56,790 nt of DNA, from assembly GCA_964386615.1 (NCBI GenBank), contig CAYLSL010000001.1:1-56790 (forward strand), given 5' to 3'. The notes below the pieces were generated by a model. That model was given only the letters and a program-made list of their open reading frames with translations. It was not told the DNA's origin and did not search any database. Below, one piece after another: positions 53,886-56,790 of the stretch (positions within the stretch are counted from its first letter, which is position 1; every line of letters starts with the position of its first letter). A program made the translations under genes and the position numbers. This DNA comes from an uncultured Veillonellaceae bacterium (GTDB taxonomy: Bacteria > Bacillota > Negativicutes > UBA1444).

Positions 53886-56591
53886 GTGGATTTTATACAA
53901 CTAACCATCGACGACAGATCAGTGACTGTTTCACCAGGAACTTCCGTCCTGGAAGCGGCCCGGCAAGTCGGAATCAAAATTCCTACCCTCTGTCACCTGG
54001 CTGACTTGACCCCCACTGGCGCCTGTAGGATTTGCGTCGTCGAGATCGATGGAATGAAAACTCTGGCTGCAGCCTGCTCTATGCCGGTCAGCGCAGGCAT
54101 GTCCGTGCACACCCACTCTCCGGCTGTCTTGGAAACACGGCGCATGGTCCTTGAGTTAATGTTGGCCAACCATCCCGCCGATTGCTTTTCCTGCGGCCGC
54201 AATTTGAACTGCGAATTGCAGGAACTTGCCGCAGAATTGGGGGTTAAAAAAATCCGTTTTGATGGAGAGCGCCGCCATTATACAGTCGATGACAGTAATC
54301 CATTTATCGTGAGGGACAATGAAAAGTGCATCCTTTGCGGCCGCTGCGTTCGGACTTGTCAAGAGCTGCAAGTCTGCAACGTGCTCGATTTTACCGGTCG
54401 CGGCTTCGACACCAAACTCGCACCAGCATTTGACAGTGCTACACGCGAATCTGATTGTGTTTTTTGCGGCGCTTGTGTATCCGCCTGCCCGGTCGGCGCC
54501 TTAACAGAAAAAGTGCTCTGCCAGTCGGGACGACCTGACCAGAAGGTGCGAACGACCTGTCCATTCTGTGGTGTCGGCTGTAATTTTGACCTGAATGTCA
54601 AAGATGGTAAAGTGATTGGCGTCACTTCCACGCCAGACAGTCCGGTCAACGGGCGCCTGCTCTGCGTCAAAGGCCGGTTTGGCGTTGATTATATTCACAG
54701 TCCACAACGCCTAACAACACCGCTGATTCGCAAGAACGACAAGTTGGAACCGGCCTCCTGGGATGAAGCGCTGAATCTGGTTGCCCATCGATTCAAGGAA
54801 ATCCGATCGCAGCATGGGTCGGATGCTTTAGCGGCTCTCAGTTCGGCTCGCTGTACCAATGAAGAAAACTATGTCCTGCAAAAATTCATGCGCGCGGCGA
54901 TCGGCACCAACAGTGTTGATCACTGCGCCCGAACCTGACACAGTCCCACCGTGGCCGGTCTGGTCACAGCATTTGGTTCTGGCGCCATGACTAACTCCAT
55001 TAATGAAATCAGCGACAGCAAAATGATGTTTGTTATCGGCGCAAATCCCTCAGAAGCCCATCCGGTCATTGCAGCAAAAATGCGTCAGGCTCGCCGCAAA
55101 GGCGCCGGCTTGATCGTGGCTGACCCGCGAAAAACTGAACTCGCAGCCATGGCTGATGTTTGGCTGCAACTAAAACCCGGCAGCGATGTCGCTCTACTGA
55201 ATGGTCTGATGCATATTATCCTGCGCGACGGCCTGCAGGATAGCGACTTCATTGCCCATTGCACAAGCGGCTTTGATTCGGTAGCCGCCACTGTCGCCAA
55301 CTATCCGCCCGATGTCGTCGAGCAAATTACCGGCGTCAGCTCCTGCTTGCTGGAACAAGCTGCGCATCTGTATGCCAAGGCGGAACGGGCCCAGATTTTT
55401 TATACTCTGGGCATTACCGAACACTGCTGGGGAACAGACAACGTCCTGTCGATCGCTAACCTGGCCATGTTGACCGGTAATGTCGGCAAACCTTGCTCCG
55501 GCGTCAATCCACTGCGCGGGCAAAACAACGTGCAGGGGGCTTGCGACATGGGTGCGCTGCCTGATGTCCTGCCGGGTTATCGTAAAATAACCGACGAAGA
55601 TGAACGGAAAAAATTTGAGCAGGCTTGGCAAATCAGCCTACCTGCTCTGCGCGGCTTCACTATCCCGGAAATGTTCACTGCTGCTGTAAATGGCGAAGTC
55701 AAAGCCATGTATATCGTTGGTGAAAACCCGGTGCTGTCAGACGCCAACGCCAATCACGTTTCCCATGCACTGCAGTCGCTCGATTTTCTGGTGGTGCAGG
55801 ATATTTTTCTGACGGAAACTGCTCTGTTGGCTGATGTGATACTGCCAGCCGCCTGTTTTGCCGAAAAAAATGGCACTTTCACCAATACCGAACGCCGCAT
55901 CCAAATGGTGCGAAAAGCAGTGGAACCGCCCGGACAAAGCCGGACCGACCTCGAAATCATCACGGACCTCGCAGGCCGCCTCGGTTATCCGATGCACTAC
56001 GCTGGCCCGGAAGATGTCATGCGGGAAATTTCCACCCTGACCAGGATTTATCACGGCGTGACCTATGAGCGCCTGCAAGAACGCGGTCTGCAATGGCCGA
56101 TACCTGATATTACCCATCCCGGCACTCCGTTCCTGCATGAGAATGGTCAGTTCACCTGTGGCCTGGGTTGGTTCACTTCGGTTGAATACCATCCGCCGGC
56201 AGAAGGGCCCGATGCAGAGTATCCGTTAGTTCTTACAACCGGTCGACGGCTCTATCATTACAATGTCAGTACCTTCGGCAAGTCCGCTGCGTTATCCGAA
56301 CAGCTGCCGCAAGAACGGCTCTGGATTCACCCCGCCGATGCCCGCCAGCTAGGGTTAAGCGACGAGCAATGCGTCAATGTCGAATCCCGCCGCGGCAGCA
56401 TTCAGACAAAAACCTGGCTTACCGAAGCCGTCCCGCCGGGACTGGTATGGCTGTCCTTTCATTTTCCCGATGCACCGACCAATCAGATTACCAATGATGC
56501 CGGCGATCAGATCACCCGGACCTATGAGTACAAAGTCTGTGCCGTAAGAATTACCGTTCCACCTGCCGCAGTCAATACAAGCTCCTGTTAA
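53886..56591 (+). CDS. fdhA: Formate dehydrogenase alpha subunit (NuoG-like Fe-S N-terminus plus molybdo/tungstopterin domain), selenocysteine at UGA 54936..54938
   Basis: Track ORFs 53739..54938 and 54951..56591 are in the same frame. Across the junction the sequence reads [29 protein letters not shown], the classic FdhA/FdhF Sec motif. The N-terminus carries 2Fe-2S and 4Fe-4S motifs (CRICVVEI, CILCGRCVRTC, CVFCGACVSACP, CPFCGVGC). The GTG at 53886 lies 6 nt after AAGGAGG. Confidence 0.9.
54951..54967 (+). promoter_or_regulatory. SECIS hairpin of fdhA
   Basis: GUGGCC-GGUCU-GGUCAC, starting 12 nt after the UGA. The apical loop contains GGUC, as in the E. coli fdhF element. Confidence 0.7.
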
Positions 56592-56595
56592 TTTT

Positions 56596-56643
56596 GTAGG
56601 CGTTATTGCACTTTTTGTATGCAATAACGCCTACATCTTTTTT
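56596..56643. terminator. Rho-independent terminator after fdhA (between convergent genes)
   Basis: gtaggcgttattgca-ctttttgta-tgcaataacgcctac (15-bp perfect stem) followed by atctttttt. Confidence 0.85.
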
Positions 56644-56788
56644 AGCACTTTCTGCTGTATTCATCCATCAACGGCTCCGTAACAGCGGCAAATAATTCGG
56701 CCGACTGGAGCCTTCGGACCGTTTGATGCTGCTCGCCGCTGGTCATTTTGATCAGGACAAGCAATTCACTCAGCAACTCTTCACGCAT
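56642..56788 (-). CDS. Small or partial ORF of unknown function at the window edge (MREELLSELLVLIKMTSGEQHQTVRRLQSAELFAAVTEPLMDEYSRKC)
   Basis: My translation of the minus strand. It may be the C-terminus of a longer gene that starts beyond the window. Confidence 0.3.
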   Translation of the reverse strand: MREELLSELLVLIKMTSGEQHQTVRRLQSAELFAAVTEPLMDEYSRKC

Positions 56789-56790
56789 CC

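Overview
This window looks like chromosomal DNA from a strictly anaerobic, selenocysteine-decoding Firmicute-like bacterium. The taxonomic guess rests only on gene content and GGAGG-type ribosome binding sites. It is densely coding, with about 57 protein genes. I found no rRNA, tRNA, CRISPR array or mobile element. Most of the content is housekeeping or anaerobic redox metabolism. It includes GntP/CdaR, endonuclease III, a tatA-polyferredoxin-AOR operon, the L-serine dehydratase subunits, a uracil permease and mobB/mobA. It also includes DUF47-PiT, a five-gene Opp/Dpp-type peptide ABC transporter, an [FeFe]-hydrogenase-like protein and a biotin-less carboxyltransferase. Further genes encode a molybdopterin oxidoreductase, an aspartate kinase-AsnRS-aminotransferase array, superoxide reductase, class II aldolase and a TRAP transporter. 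At the right end is a selenocysteine formate dehydrogenase alpha subunit that the ORF track splits at its UGA. The most unusual region is a same-strand cluster of ten genes at about 5.5-12.6 kb. Its order is a DUF134 zinc-ribbon protein, a split YeeE/YedE transporter, DUF5320, two MinD/ParA-ferredoxin ATPases, a NifX-like protein, an Mrp/NBP35-NifX fusion, a TehA/TDT transporter and DUF1847. One YeeE/YedE half carries an in-frame UGA exactly at the conserved Cys, followed by a SECIS-like hairpin. This cluster has no characterised function. It may link sulfur/selenium import to metallocluster carrier proteins. A second DUF134 zinc-ribbon paralog at 1.2-1.7 kb shares the same promoter and palindrome layout and precedes a CoA-disulfide/persulfide-reductase-like gene. 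All calls come from reading the sequence and recalling family motifs. No database search was run.
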